The notes below the pieces were generated by a model. It made no database searches, was not told where the DNA came from, and saw only the letters and a program-made list of their open reading frames with translations. Shown piece after piece: positions 52,085-64,000 of a stretch of DNA of 64,000 nt. Made by a program: the position numbers and the translations under genes. How positions within the stretch are numbered: position 1 is the stretch's first letter; each line of letters begins with the position of its first letter. This DNA comes from Callorhinchus milii. Its lineage: Eukaryota. The DNA is taken from the NCBI RefSeq assembly GCF_018977255.1, contig NW_024704743.1:78680001-78744000 (forward strand). The letters are read 5' to 3'.

Positions 52085-52757
52085 TCCCAGCCCAGCCCCC
52101 CCCCAGCCCCCCATCCCCATCCCCCCATCCCCAGCCCCCCCCAGCACCCCAGCCCCCCAGCTCCCACCCCACCCCAGCCCCCCCCCCAGCCCCCATCCCC
52201 CCAGCCCCCCCCGCCCCCCCAGCCCCCCCCCCAGCCCCCCCCCCAGCACCCCATCCCCAGCCCAGCCCCCCCACCCCATCCCCAGCCCAGCCCCCCCCCA
52301 GCACCCCAGCCCAGCCAGCCCAGCACCCCATCCCCCCCAGCCCAGCACCCCCAGCACCCCATCCCCCCAGCCCCCCCCCCCATCCCCAGCCCCCCCCCAG
52401 CACCCCATCCCCCCAGCCCCCCCCCCAGCACCCATTCCCAGCCCAGCCCCCCCAGCACCCCCCCCCAGCCCCCCCCCCAGCACCCCATTCCCAGCCCAGC
52501 CCCCCCCCCCCCAGCCCCCCCAGCCCAGCCCCCATCCCCAGCCCAGCCCCCCAGCACCCATCCCCCAGCCCCCCCCAGCACCCATCCCCCCAGCCCCCCC
52601 CAGCACCCCATTCCCAGCCCCCCCCCCCAGCACCCCATCCCCCCAGCCCCCCCAGCACCCATTCCCAGCCCAGCCCCCCCCCAGCACCCCATCCCCCCAG
52701 CTCCCCCCCAGCACCCCATTCCCAGCCCAGCCCCCCCCCCATCCCCCCCCCCCCCAG
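52085..52757 (+). repeat. C-rich minisatellite (Cn-AG / Cn-AT / CAGCACCCCAT), G-quadruplex-prone on the minus strand
   Basis: Direct inspection. Confidence 0.95.
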
Positions 52758-52870
52758 CGGTCAGTCAGCGCCGCTCTTTTCGCGATGCCCCAATGCCCAT
52801 TGTTCTGAGCGCAGTGGCACCGACACCGCCGCTCAGGTCCACGTGAGGCGGTGGGCACCGCGGGGCGCGC
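52758..52870. promoter_or_regulatory. CpG-rich unique core, candidate promoter
   Basis: High CpG density in an otherwise CpG-depleted window; contains TTTTCGCG (E2F-like), CCAAT, ATTGTT (SOX-like) and CACGTG (E-box); lies at a GC-skew switch. Confidence 0.45.
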
Positions 52871-53120
52871 GGGGGGGGGGGCACCGCGGGGGGGGAGGGG
52901 GGAGGGGGGGGGGGGGGGGAGGCGGGGGGGGGAGGGGGGCACCGGGGGGGGGGCAGCGCGGGGGGAGGGGGGGGCAGCGCGGGGGGGGGCAGCGCGGGGG
53001 GAGGGGGGGCAGCGCGGGGGAGGGGGGGGCAGCGCGGGGGGGGGGGGGGGCAGCGGGGGGGGGGAGGGGGGCAGGGGGGGAGGGGGGCAGCGCGGCGGGG
53101 GAGGGGGGGGGGTCGGGGGG
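52871..53120 (+). repeat. G-rich minisatellite (Gn-CAGCGC-Gn-A), G-quadruplex-prone on the plus strand
   Basis: Direct inspection. Confidence 0.95.
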
Positions 53121-53282
53121 ACACGGTCGATCGATTCCATACCGGTGGCCTTTCCTTCAGAGAAAGACGAATTTATTCTATTGTGTGTGTGTGTATTATA
53201 CATATATTTATATTCAAAAAGAAACAGCAGCGCCTATTTTTGTGGCATAATGTAATACATAATAAAAGGGAGAACAGAATAA

Positions 53283-54635
53283 GAGGAGGGAGGGAACCGT
53301 GAGGCTGGAGGGAGAGAGGGAGGGATGAGGCTGGAGGGAGAGAGGGAGGGATGAGGCTGGAGGGAGGGAGAGCGAGGAGGGATGAGGCTGGAGGGAGGGA
53401 GAGAGGGAGGGATGAGGCTGGAGGGAGAGAGGGGAGGGATGAGGCTGGAGGGAGGGAGAGAGGAGGATGAGGCTGGAGGGAGAGAGGGAGGGATGAGGCT
53501 GGAGGGAGAGAGGGAGGGATGAGGCTGGAGGGAGGGGTGAGGCTGGAGGGAGGGAGGGAGGGGTGAGGCTGGAGGAGGGAGGGAGGGTGAGGCTGGAGGG
53601 AGGGAGGGAGGGTGAGGCTGGAGGGAGGGAGGAGGGGTGAGGCTGGAGGGAGAGAGGGAGGGATGAGGCTGGAGGGAGAGGGAGGGATGAGGCTGGAGGA
53701 GGAGAGAGGGAGGGATGAGGCTGGAGGGAGAGAGGGAGGGATGAGGCTGGAGGAGGGTGAGGCTGGAGGGAGGGAGGGATGAGGCTGGAGGGAGAGAGGG
53801 AGGGATGTGGAGGGGGAGGGAGGGTGAGGCTGGAGGGAGGAGGGAGGGATGAGGCTGGAGGGAGAGAGGGAGGGATGAGGCTGGAGGAGGGGGAGGGAGG
53901 GTGAGGCTGGAGGGAGGGAGGGGTGAGGCTGGAGGGAGAGAGGGAGGGATGAGGCTGGAAGGAGAGAGGGAGGGATGAGGCTGGAGGGGGAGGGAGGGTG
54001 AGGCTGGAGGGGGGATGAGGCTGGAGAGAGGGAGGGAGGGAGGGAGGGATGAGGCTGGAGGGAGGGAGGGAGGGGTGAGGCTGGAGGGAGAGAGGGAGGG
54101 ATGAGGCTGGAAGGAGAGAGGGAGGGATGAGGCTGGAGGGAGGGAGGGGTGAGGCTGGAGGGAGTGATGGAGGGAGGGATGAGGCTGGAGAGAGGGAGGG
54201 AAGGAGGGGTGAGGCTGGAGGGAGGGAGGGGTGAGGCTGGAGGGGAGAGGGAGGGGTGAGGCTGGAGGGAGTGATGGAGGGGGAGGGAGGGGAGGGATGA
54301 GGCTGGAGGGAGGGAGGGGTGAGGCTGGAGGGAGTGAGGGAGGATGAGGCTGGAGGAGAGAGGGAGGGATGAGGCTGGAGGGAGGGAGGAGGGAGGGTGA
54401 GGCTGGAGGGAGAGAGGGAGGGATGAGGCTGGAGGGAGTGATGGAGGGAGGGAGGGAGGAGGGAGTGATGGAGGGAGGGAGGGAGGGAGGGAGGGATGAG
54501 GCTGGAGGGAGTGATGGAGGGAGGGATGAGTCTGGAGGGAGGGAGGGATGAGGCTGGAGGAAGTGATGGAGGGAGGGAGGGATGAGGCTGGAGAGAGGGA
54601 GGGTTGAGGCTGCAGGGAGGGAGTGAGGGAGGGAG
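53283..54635 (+). repeat. Minisatellite with core TGAGGCTGGA plus variable (GGGA/GA) spacer, about 1.35 kb
   Basis: Dozens of GGG(A/G)TGAGGCTGGAGGGA units. Confidence 0.95.
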
Positions 54636-54751
54636 CCGCGCTCTGTGTGTGTGTGTCTCTGTCACTCTGCCTCGCGCCACCCGCCTGTTCAGCGAAAGGA
54701 GTTTCTCCATTTCCTGAAGACACTGAATTGGGTATGAATCTATGGAGACAC

Positions 54752-55300
54752 AAACAACAACTTACATTTATGTAGCACCTTTCCAGTAAAGCAACATCTT
54801 AAAGTCCTTGGCCAGCATTGCGGTTCACGGTTAACATGGAAATGAAAGATTTAAAGATGTTGAACAAAAGTACAAGAGTTTTTTTTAAAGCAGACTGAGA
54901 CAACAGCAACTTACGTTTATATAGCACCTTTCCTGTCGGGTAGCGTCTCAGAGTGCTTACGAATAGTGCAGCTTGCTGCTGAGCCAGGGAGATACGACAA
55001 AGCTAAGCGTTTCTGGAAGAGGGTGAGAGGACATGTACGGTGACTGAAGATTTGGTCACCATTAGTGGAGGGAAGAAAACGGGAACAAGCAGTAGACCTG
55101 TGTCAGAGTGGAGGTACGGATTAGAGAGGAGGGAGATGGCACAGGCGGCAGATGTTGTATTTGGAATGGTCAGGTGAGACCAAGGAAAGATTCGAGGATC
55201 AGGAACTCAATCCTCCTGGGTTCGGAGCGACAATTGAGTTTGGTAAGGATGAATAAAAAATGGAACTTGGGGTGGGGAAAAACAGACTTTCTTAATCGCG
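54752..55300 (-). mobile_element. Two old L2-like tails plus a decayed L2 3' region
   Basis: ACAACAACTTACATTTATGTAGCACC (about 54754) and CAACAGCAACTTACGTTTATATAGCACC (about 54901). Confidence 0.55.
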
Positions 55301-55590
55301 GTGTTTCATTGTGCGTCATAGCTACTAACTGTTCGGAGTGGGGGAATGAGGGGAGGAGGAATGAGAACCAGTCTGATTTTTGTAATGCTAATCCACGAGG
55401 AGTGACAGATAAAATTAAGTATACTATTCCAAACCCCTGTGCTGTGGTACTCGTCCAGAGATTGCATTACATTTCTAGCATATAAATACCACCGTGTGAA
55501 GTAATGGGATGCAGACCTGAAAGTTATTTACCAGACTTTATTTACAATAAAATGTAACACAAACAATACTATCGACACAGTATTTTCCAG

Positions 55591-55827
55591 GTACTAAAAA
55601 CACAAGTCTTAACTTGTAATTTACTTGTATTAGTAGCCCTTTTAGTCCATTTAAGCAACTGGAGACTTTAGGTTGAAAGTTCTTATCAAAGCAACCTGAA
55701 AGGCTGTGAGAATACTTTACCAGTTGCTTTGAAAAGAACTTTCAACCTAAAGTCTGCATTCACTTAAATGGACTAAAGGGGCTACTTAAACAAGTAAATT
55801 ACAAGTTAAGACTTGTGCTTTTAGTAC
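55591..55827. repeat. Long inverted repeat (about 105-bp arms, 27-nt loop), MITE-like
   Basis: 55591-55695 is the reverse complement of 55723-55827 with only a few mismatches. Confidence 0.9.
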
Positions 55828-56364
55828 TTTACTCACAGCTTTTCAACTTCACAATGGTTTGTTTGGGAATTTTTGAGATCTCCCCCTTCCCCCAAACATA
55901 AACTTGTATTTCAAATATGCTTTGAACATTGAATGACCACTTCTAATGGTTAACAAAGAGATCTTGGTGCAAGTATACACCGCCATTAGAATAATTTTTT
56001 TGTAACTCAAATAGTGCATTGTCAGAGTCAGGTCTTGGTTCCTCCAGAAATGAAATGGGCATTTTCCAATACAAATTTTCTCCAGAGACGGGGATGCCTC
56101 GGGAAACAGGCTTAGCTCTGGTGCAAGCTAGCAGTGTAAAGGTTTATTAAAGTGCAATATCAATGGCACAGAGTGTTTCTCTTTAGTTTTGGTTTCTGAT
56201 GAGACTTTTCTACTTTTAATAGTATCCCATCAAGCAGATTAGATTACTTAGTCCATTACCATAATTAGGACATCTGAAGCAACGCCACATAAAATCGGAC
56301 TACATGCACCAAATGTAAATTACTATTCAAATTAAATTTGAGTTGTGATGTTGAACGGCGAAGT

Positions 56365-59300
56365 AAGGATTAACACCGTTGTCAGGTTTTCCACTATGCA
56401 ATTTGGTACTACATTTCACATGGAAAGTCTAGTGACTGGAATGCCCAGTTATTTTGACCACAAGATCGATGACAAAATAAAAATAGAACATTAGGGTAGG
56501 AGGAATACATGAGGCATCAACAGAACGATAATATTTAGGGGGCATCACAACTGAGAACAAACTTAACATTGAGATTGTATTACAGCCTGTAACAACTTGT
56601 TTAATGGCGTACACTGCATTGCATCACTGTTTTTTGTTGCAAAGGCCTGCTCTCATGGCACCGTGACAACTACCATAGGTCTCTATCACCAAATGTCTGA
56701 AGACTGTGATTTCCCATCATAATAGCTTGAGGGGCGGCAACAGTCGTTTATGACCCAAATGCAGTACATCATTAGGTTTTATCATTATGCAACAAAAATG
56801 TTTGCTGCTGCTTCAGGCACTTCACATGATTATAAAGCACACATCGCAGTCTGGGTTGACACTCCATTGCTTACCTTGTGAATAATCTTCCCTGTAATAT
56901 CCACATTACGTGTCAGAATTGTGAAAAATGCTCATTCAAGGGATGAAACTACAGTAACATTTTCAGTTTGAGTTAACACATATATAAATATATATATAAT
57001 TATGTAAAAAAAACACCCAATGTAGGTCCTTTCATGACTTGCATTTTCACTTTGGTTTTCCAAAGTTTAGTTTCTGAAGAGTTATTCTTGACCTCACTCT
57101 TGTGAACACTATTTCTGAAGTTGCGGCAGAAGAATTTTTTTCTTAAAAATTCTCTCAAAAATGTGCCATTCCACAGCTTTCATGCGAACGACAGCCAGTA
57201 AAAATTGTGAAGAGCCAGTAAGAAGGTGAAATACATTGGAGCTTCACTGCTGGGCCCACCTGGTGACAAACGTAGCAGGTAAGAATGGATTACAAATCTT
57301 CTTCCTAATGCTCCCCTTTCTAAAAGTTATTGTGCAATCCAAAAGAATGTTCCAGGTTATTAAGGAACCGGTTGATTTCTTTTAACATTAAAAAAACAAG
57401 GTAGAAAATATCTGCCAAGGAAAGGCTTCAATAACAAAAATTCAGATATATAATAATAATAATAATCCTTGCATTTGATATAGCGCTTTTCACGTCAGGA
57501 GGACGTCCCAAAGCGCTTCACAGAACACACTGTAAAGTGAATTGACTGTATATTTGTGGGCGAACCCGGCAGCCAATTGCGCACAGCAATGTCCCACAAA
57601 CAGTCGTAGATTGAAAATGACCAATTTAATTATTGTTTTTGGTTTTTTGGAGGGATTATTATTAGGCGTGTGGAGTAAGGAAACTTGCCCAAGGTTTCTG
57701 CCTAGAATTGAACTCAGGTCTCTCGCTTGCAAAGCGAGTGCTCTAACCACTGAGCTACAGGACTCCACAATAGTTAAAAGTGCACAGCAATGACTGGCTT
57801 TGAAAATAAAAAGCAGCACTATGTAGCCATGCGAAACTCGCAACCAGGAGGAAGATTGACAAGATGGTGCAAGTTCAACAACAACAACTTGCATTTGTAT
57901 AGCGTCCCCCTTGCAGGGCAGTGTTCCAGAGCACTTCACATTGGCAGAGCAAGACACCGAGCCAGGGAGAGGTGACCGTAGGCCCAGGAAGATCGAAGAG
58001 GAAGGTTTTCAGGCACGGGGAAGGAGGGGGCAAAGCGAAGGGATAAATGAAGAGTGTTCCAGATTTTCGGGGCGAAGTGTCTGAAAGCACAACCACCGAT
58101 CGAAAACCACTGACATCTTCTTTGTCAATTTTCTTTCCAAGATAGCTCTCCGCCACCTTGCTCCTTAAGCCATCAACATTACTTGTTAGATCCACCCATC
58201 CAGGAGCTGCACAATAACAGTGCAGTTTTGCATTCCATTTCCAATCTCCTTATTCCTGGCTTCTGGGGAGGCAGGGAAACCTCTAAGTCAAAATCTACAC
58301 AGACTGCCTGACCTTTGCTTATTACTATACGACCTTCTTACATACACAGCTCAATGCCGTCACGAACAGCTCATCTACAACCAGGAACTAAGCTATCTTA
58401 AAAGAAAATGGATTTTGTTTATCTTTGCCACCGTGAGCACTGTTGATGGAGGCACAAGATAGGACAAGAGAGAATTATGGCCTGCAGATATCCTGCAAAG
58501 TAACTGTATTGCCTGATCTATTTAGAACTCAATCTGGTAAGAGACGAAAATAAGATGCATCATCAAATACAATTCAGTACTTATATTAAAAAACAAAGAA
58601 TATTTCAATTGCAAGTATGATTTTTTCTCTACCAGCTTTCGTTGTGCTTTAATTTCATTGCATCCTGAAATCATACTTGACAATTGCTGCATTCCTTAAA
58701 ACATTAATTTTAAAACCTCACTCATTGATACATTACCAATTGTTGAAAACATACAACAGGTGGGAAAACAAACAACATTTCTAATCTGAATTTCATAGCA
58801 AATGACTCCTTTAGGAATACCAGATGTAATTGCAGGATACATCTCTAAACAGCGAGAGCAATTGCCTTGAAAGTTAACGATCTCATTAATTTGAATTCAC
58901 ATGTAAAACTGGTAAAAACATTTTTAAAGAGGTTCCCCAATGATTTGGTTACTAAATGTAGCACCCGGTGTACACTGAGCCATGGAAAAATGCAGGGTTG
59001 ACCCTGGTCTGAACCAAATTGATCTCAGCCAGGTCATCAGTGGCAAGGACATAAATGGACTCCATTTTGTTTTACGTGGGGAGAAAGGAAAACTGTCCAT
59101 GGTTCTTAGTCTTGATCAGTATCCAGCGATTTCTGTTGTAAACAGTGGCGCTGGACCAATTTTTGTAGTGGGGGTGCTGAAACCCCTGCCCCCTGCTTCG
59201 CCCACCCCCTATTACCTCCGCCACTAGTCAGAAGCTGGTGTGATGACTATACAAGGAAAGGTGAAGATTTGAGGAGAGACAAGGAGTTGCTGGGGGAGGA

Positions 59301-62300
59301 CTGCTCCCAGTCCCGCTCTGTGGCAGTGCCTCGGGTCCAGGCTATACAGTTCTCCTCACTGTCGAGCTGTTCAGCAGCTGCCATTCACCTCCTGGATCCG
59401 CTTGAGCAGCCGCTGTTCTTACTACCACAATCCCAGATCCTGTCCCCAACTCCCCCATCCCTATACCTGTTTGCCGACCCAGCTGTGTGCTGTGTGCTGT
59501 GCCGACTGTGTGCTGGCCCAGCTGTGTGCTGTTGCTATCCCCGCTGTGTGCTGGGGCGCTGGGAGTAGCAACAGAAGGTGCTTCACACCAGAGTGCTGCC
59601 GTATCCCCAGCATCCCTCGTGCATCACACCTCCATGGTCTAACAATTGATTGGATTAGATATTTGGGGAGTAAGATATTAATGTGGATGTTTGTAAAAGG
59701 CAGGGAAATAGGATTAAAAGTTTCGCCATAATCTAATAAACTGATGAAACAGGCTTGACGAACTGTTCTCATGATCCAACCAGTAAACACAAGTCAATGA
59801 CTTCAGGAAGAGTGCATTTTTGATGTTTACCTTTCTTTGGCCCACCCCACCCTTAATATTTAAAGATGAGAAGACGGGCAGGTGACTTGTAGGTTTCAGG
59901 CTTTACCACAAACTGAATGAAAGGAAGGTCATAAGGACAGAGTTAAGTCAAATCATCCATTTTCTGTCCTTGAGAAGACGGGTTTTGTTCAGACTGGAAA
60001 CTTGCCTCAACGCTATTCACAGACAAAAGGCACATGTCTTACCAGTCAACAAAAGCCACATGGCACCAAACCAACTGTCTTTACAGTATTTATAACACAG
60101 CTTTAAGCCTCCAGTGTGTTACGCAATACAGACAAGATTTAACATGTATCAACTGGTCTTGCACCTGCAGCTGTAACTAACACTGAAAATGCCAAGAAAG
60201 TCACAGAGGCTGAATTGGCTGTTGATCTTACGCTGAAAATTATTCTGATTTATTAAAAGACACTGTTGATGAGAATCAAGAAAGAATGAGTCAGGAATGG
60301 AACTGAAATAAGGCTGGAATTAGGACTAAAAAAAAAGTGAGTGAATGATTTCAAGGGCTTACGATTACATTTCATCCTTTTGCAATTATTTTGAAGTTCC
60401 ATCAAATCACTATTACAGTGATTTCATTCCCTACAGACAAATCTACATCAGCAGCACTAGATTAACTTGAATCTGTGAATGGAGGTCTGAAATTGAATTG
60501 ATAATCACACACACTTATCCAGCTGGCACCAGTTTACATACCTTTACATTGCTCTAGTTTGCAAGATTGAGAACAAGTTTGCCTTTGCATTTTTGCAGAC
60601 CTGCCATGCTTAGCCGGACAGATCAGTACAGCACAGACCACAATAAACATATTTCCAAGATGAATACAAGGCACTTATTTTAAACGGATCTGAGAGGATT
60701 AATATTTGAAAAGGATGAGTGGATCCACAAGGATTCAAACACAGAAGATTTCCAGTCTACAAGATAAACCCAATCTTTGAAACTAAAACCAAAATCCACT
60801 GGAAGAAAGCACCGAAGAAATTTTAGAAATCTTTTTTTTTAACCATTCTGCTTACATTTAATGAAATGACATCAATAATAATTTCTTTCATTAAAAATGG
60901 TAAGGCAAACTTCAAGATAGTGCACTCCTTAGCATAGGCAAAATTCAAGGGCATATTTTCCTCCTGCAGTCTTCACTCTAACAATCAGTATTTAAAATAA
61001 TAATAACCCTTGCATTTGATACAGCACCTTATCACATCTTCGAGACGTCTCAAAGTGCTTCACAGAATATACTGTCAAGTGAATTGACTTGTGTATTTTG
61101 TGGGCGAAACGCAGCAGCCAATTGCTCACAGTAGTGTCCCACAAACCGTCATGGATGAGTGACCAAATGTTTTTTTGAGGGTTTATTACTGCTGAAAAGC
61201 GATCTGCCAATCGACTAACAATCAGGTTCCTACTTACTGCTAGTAAACAGAGGCGTGTGGAGTAAGGAAACTTGCTTAGGATTTCACCCCGCCTGGAAAT
61301 CAAAACTAGGTCCTCTCTTGCAAGGCGAGTGCTCACCAATACGCTACAGGACTCCACGAGTTCTCTTTTCACTGGGAATGGGGAACGAGAGGCTACCAGA
61401 TGCTCAAGGATTTCTTTTGTAACCAGGCAAATGAGAATAATGAATCATGAATAATGAATAAATGATTACAATCATTCCTTCACTCTCGTTGGCAATATCG
61501 GTCACGGACAGGTACTTGGTTCACAGCATGGCGTAGGGCTTATATACAATGGAGTAAGCGGAGCGTAGATAATGTGTAAATTGACACGTTCAAGTAATGG
61601 TTTGTGAGTCGTGGATGGGTAATATAGAACTAGATATGGACTTAAATAGATTTGGACTGAGCAATCTTGCAGGACTAGTGGCAAGAACCAGAGCTTTCCC
61701 CAGAGCTTTCAGAAATAGCTCAATTCATAATTAACTGTTCAAAACTTAATTCTGATTTTTTTCTGAATTAATGCATGAAATATGACCTCAATTACAATAC
61801 AAATCATCCACAACAACAACAACTTGCACTTAACACAGGGTAGAATCTCAGAGCGCTTAACAGAGAACAGCTGGAGTGATAAATACGTTAGTTATTCAGG
61901 ATGGAAAATATTATCCTTCCAAAGTAACACTTCTAACGGATATAAGAGCCTGTACATCAATTCTTAAGTGACCAAAATCCCTCACATTCTGTTCCTAATT
62001 TTAACTATCAGCAACATGCAGATACAAGAGCACAGATGTGCAGCTGCTGTTACCATACGCGTAACTAACCCTAAAAAATCCCAAGCAAATCAAGGCACCA
62101 GAATCGAGAGACATTATCGAGAGTATAATTTTGACTTTACAAGGGAACGGAAAATCAAAATGATTCTGCATGTAACGTAGTTTCCACTACTTCCTTCCTT
62201 GAGTTTAAAAAAACTGACCTTAATCATTTCTCTCAGCATTCCTAGGACAACGTTTTGTCTCTTATAAGAAAATGCAATGTTAAATGTGCACAGTTTAGCA

Positions 62301-64000
62301 AGTAAATTGTCCAAGAAAAGCTGCTTGATCTGTTAAGCGCTCTCGAGACACTACCTGCATGAAGAGCACTAATATGCACGTTGTGGAAATCCCTCTGCCT
62401 CATTCCCACCCTATGCTTTCAAAATCCATCCAAAAATCTCTCTTGATGAACCTTCGGCAACTTAGATCCACCTCCCCCTAGCTCAAGCTTTGCGAAGCAT
62501 CTTGGTGAAAGGTACCACATAAATTAAAATTGTTATTCATTATTAATTTAAAAAAAACAAGCAATCATTTTTTTCCCCCTGTGGTACTGAAGAAACGCAA
62601 GTTGATTTGGTGGCGCTGGACAGGGGGGTAATTCTCAAAGCGCCATAACCACCTCCTTCCATTGCTCTCCACTCAAAATCGGTCTGACCCTTCACCTCTT
62701 CACAAAGTACTTCTCTGAACTCTGAACATGTGGAGAAGTTAAATAATGAATGTGTGAACTGACTACAAGTCAAAAGAGGTGATTTTTGATTGCCACTGCT
62801 CAATTCAAGCCATTGCTATCTCGAACTGGAACTTAACCCATGATAAAAAGGTCTCCCTATAATTTCTGCAATGCACATTCAGCACAGCCTCGCCCACTGA
62901 AACTATGGGCATTCCAGTGAAACAAAGAACTCAAATACACACATCATCTTCAGAGGATTCATCAAAATATCATAGCTGACCACTTCAGTCACTGGCAGAG
63001 TTCATCAGAACAAGAATCTTGTAGCTCAGTGGTTAGAGCACTCGCCTTTCAAGCGAGAGATTTGGGTTTGATTCCCAGCAGGGCAAAATGTTGGGCACGT
63101 TTCCTTGCTCCACACGCCTCTTATTGGCGGATCGCTTTACCGGGGGTAATAATTCCTTCAAAAAAAATAATAATAAATTGGCCACTTCAATCCACGACTG
63201 TTTGTGGGACACTGCTGTGCGCAATTGCCTGCCACGTTTCACCCACAAAGTAGTCAATTCACTTTACAGTATATTCTGTGAAGCGCTTTGAGATGTCTCA
63301 AAGACATGATCAGGCACTATATCAAATTAAAGTATTATTATTTGCCCTATCTCTGACAATGAGCTCAAAGCCCTTCACCAGGATTTGAGCTCAGTCTGGG
63401 CTGACACTCCAATTCTGTGCTGGGAGAGACTAACATTGTCCGAGGTGCTGCCCTTCAAATAAGACATTAAGCCAAGGTCTTGTCTGCTTGTCAAGGTGGA
63501 CGTCAACAAACATCTGGCTCTATTCAGAAAGAAAAGCGAGATTCCCGAATATCCTCACCACCAATCTTCAAATAAAATTGATTCACTTCAATGGCTGTGT
63601 GTGGGACATTGCTATGCAGGCATTGGATGACACTTTTGTCTGTAAATATAGTCACTACACTTCACAGTAAAATCCTGTGAAGCCATTTTAGTCTTATAGA
63701 CATCATGATCAGATGCTATGTCAAACGCAATGATTATTATTCTTATTCCTACTACCCCAAATACAGCCTTGAAATGGTATGTTTAATTTATACCGCTGAT
63801 GCACGTTGCATCAGCAGAACTGCTATTTAAGCTAAATTAAATGGCACAAATATCCATCTGGAGAGGTCATTATCTTTCCTTCCCACCCCAACCCCACCCC
63901 TTGTGCTGGCCAGTAGGGCAAGTGCCGAGCCCACCCTAACAGATCAGTGATGGTGGTTTGCAATCATCAGCCAGACTCCTGGTAACTGGAAGAGAGGCTC
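56365..64000 (+). repeat. Segmental direct repeat, copy 2 (runs off the window end)
   Basis: Starts AAGGATTAACACCGTTGTCAGG as at 43337; the last bases match 50971-50981. Confidence 0.97.

Noticed and set aside
52765..52800. [11 protein letters not shown] resembling the PARP8 N-terminus (with NQNETVE in the 1063-1104 candidate)
   Set aside because: It is followed at once by a stop with no donor site, and the remaining candidate exons do not match PARP8 or PARP6; likely coincidence.
53143..53177. Additional upstream minus-strand exon (35 nt, donor GTATGG)
   Set aside because: Weak acceptor (CACACAATAG); open only in a phase incompatible with the proposed chain.
53283..54635. CRISPR-like repeat-spacer array
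   Set aside because: The spacers are low-complexity GGGA/GA variants rather than unique sequences, the context is eukaryotic, and there are no cas genes.
51215..54753. Long ORFs (200-526 aa) rich in G/E/R, P/S/L or G/W
   Set aside because: They are translations of stop-free minisatellites, open in several frames on both strands, with no domain content.

Overview
Eukaryotic, AT-rich vertebrate genomic DNA with no prokaryotic genes or CRISPR arrays. The repeats are L2 and CR1 LINE fragments, a young tRNA-headed SINE and older DeuSINE/SacSINE1-like relics. This mix is typical of cartilaginous fishes, most likely a chimaera (inference). All long ORFs in the track are decayed LINE ORF2 pieces or low-complexity artefacts. 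Main non-routine observations: (1) about 15 very small GT-AG-flanked minus-strand segments (15-76 nt) can be spliced into one stop-free 165-aa frame, a candidate micro-exon gene I cannot identify and that may be partly chance. (2) One SINE body carries three different 3' tails, two matching distinct L2 subfamilies in the window, with a stem-loop conserved by compensatory changes. (3) A near-identical direct duplication of at least 7.6 kb (43337-50981 vs 56365-64000+, offset about 13.0 kb) has a microhomology junction and uneven divergence. (4) A CpG-rich ~100-bp core at ~52.8 kb sits at a C-rich/G-rich skew switch between minisatellites. (5) A 237-bp palindrome lies at 55591-55827. (6) Two nested insertions retain visible target-site duplications. 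Repeat boundaries are by-eye estimates.
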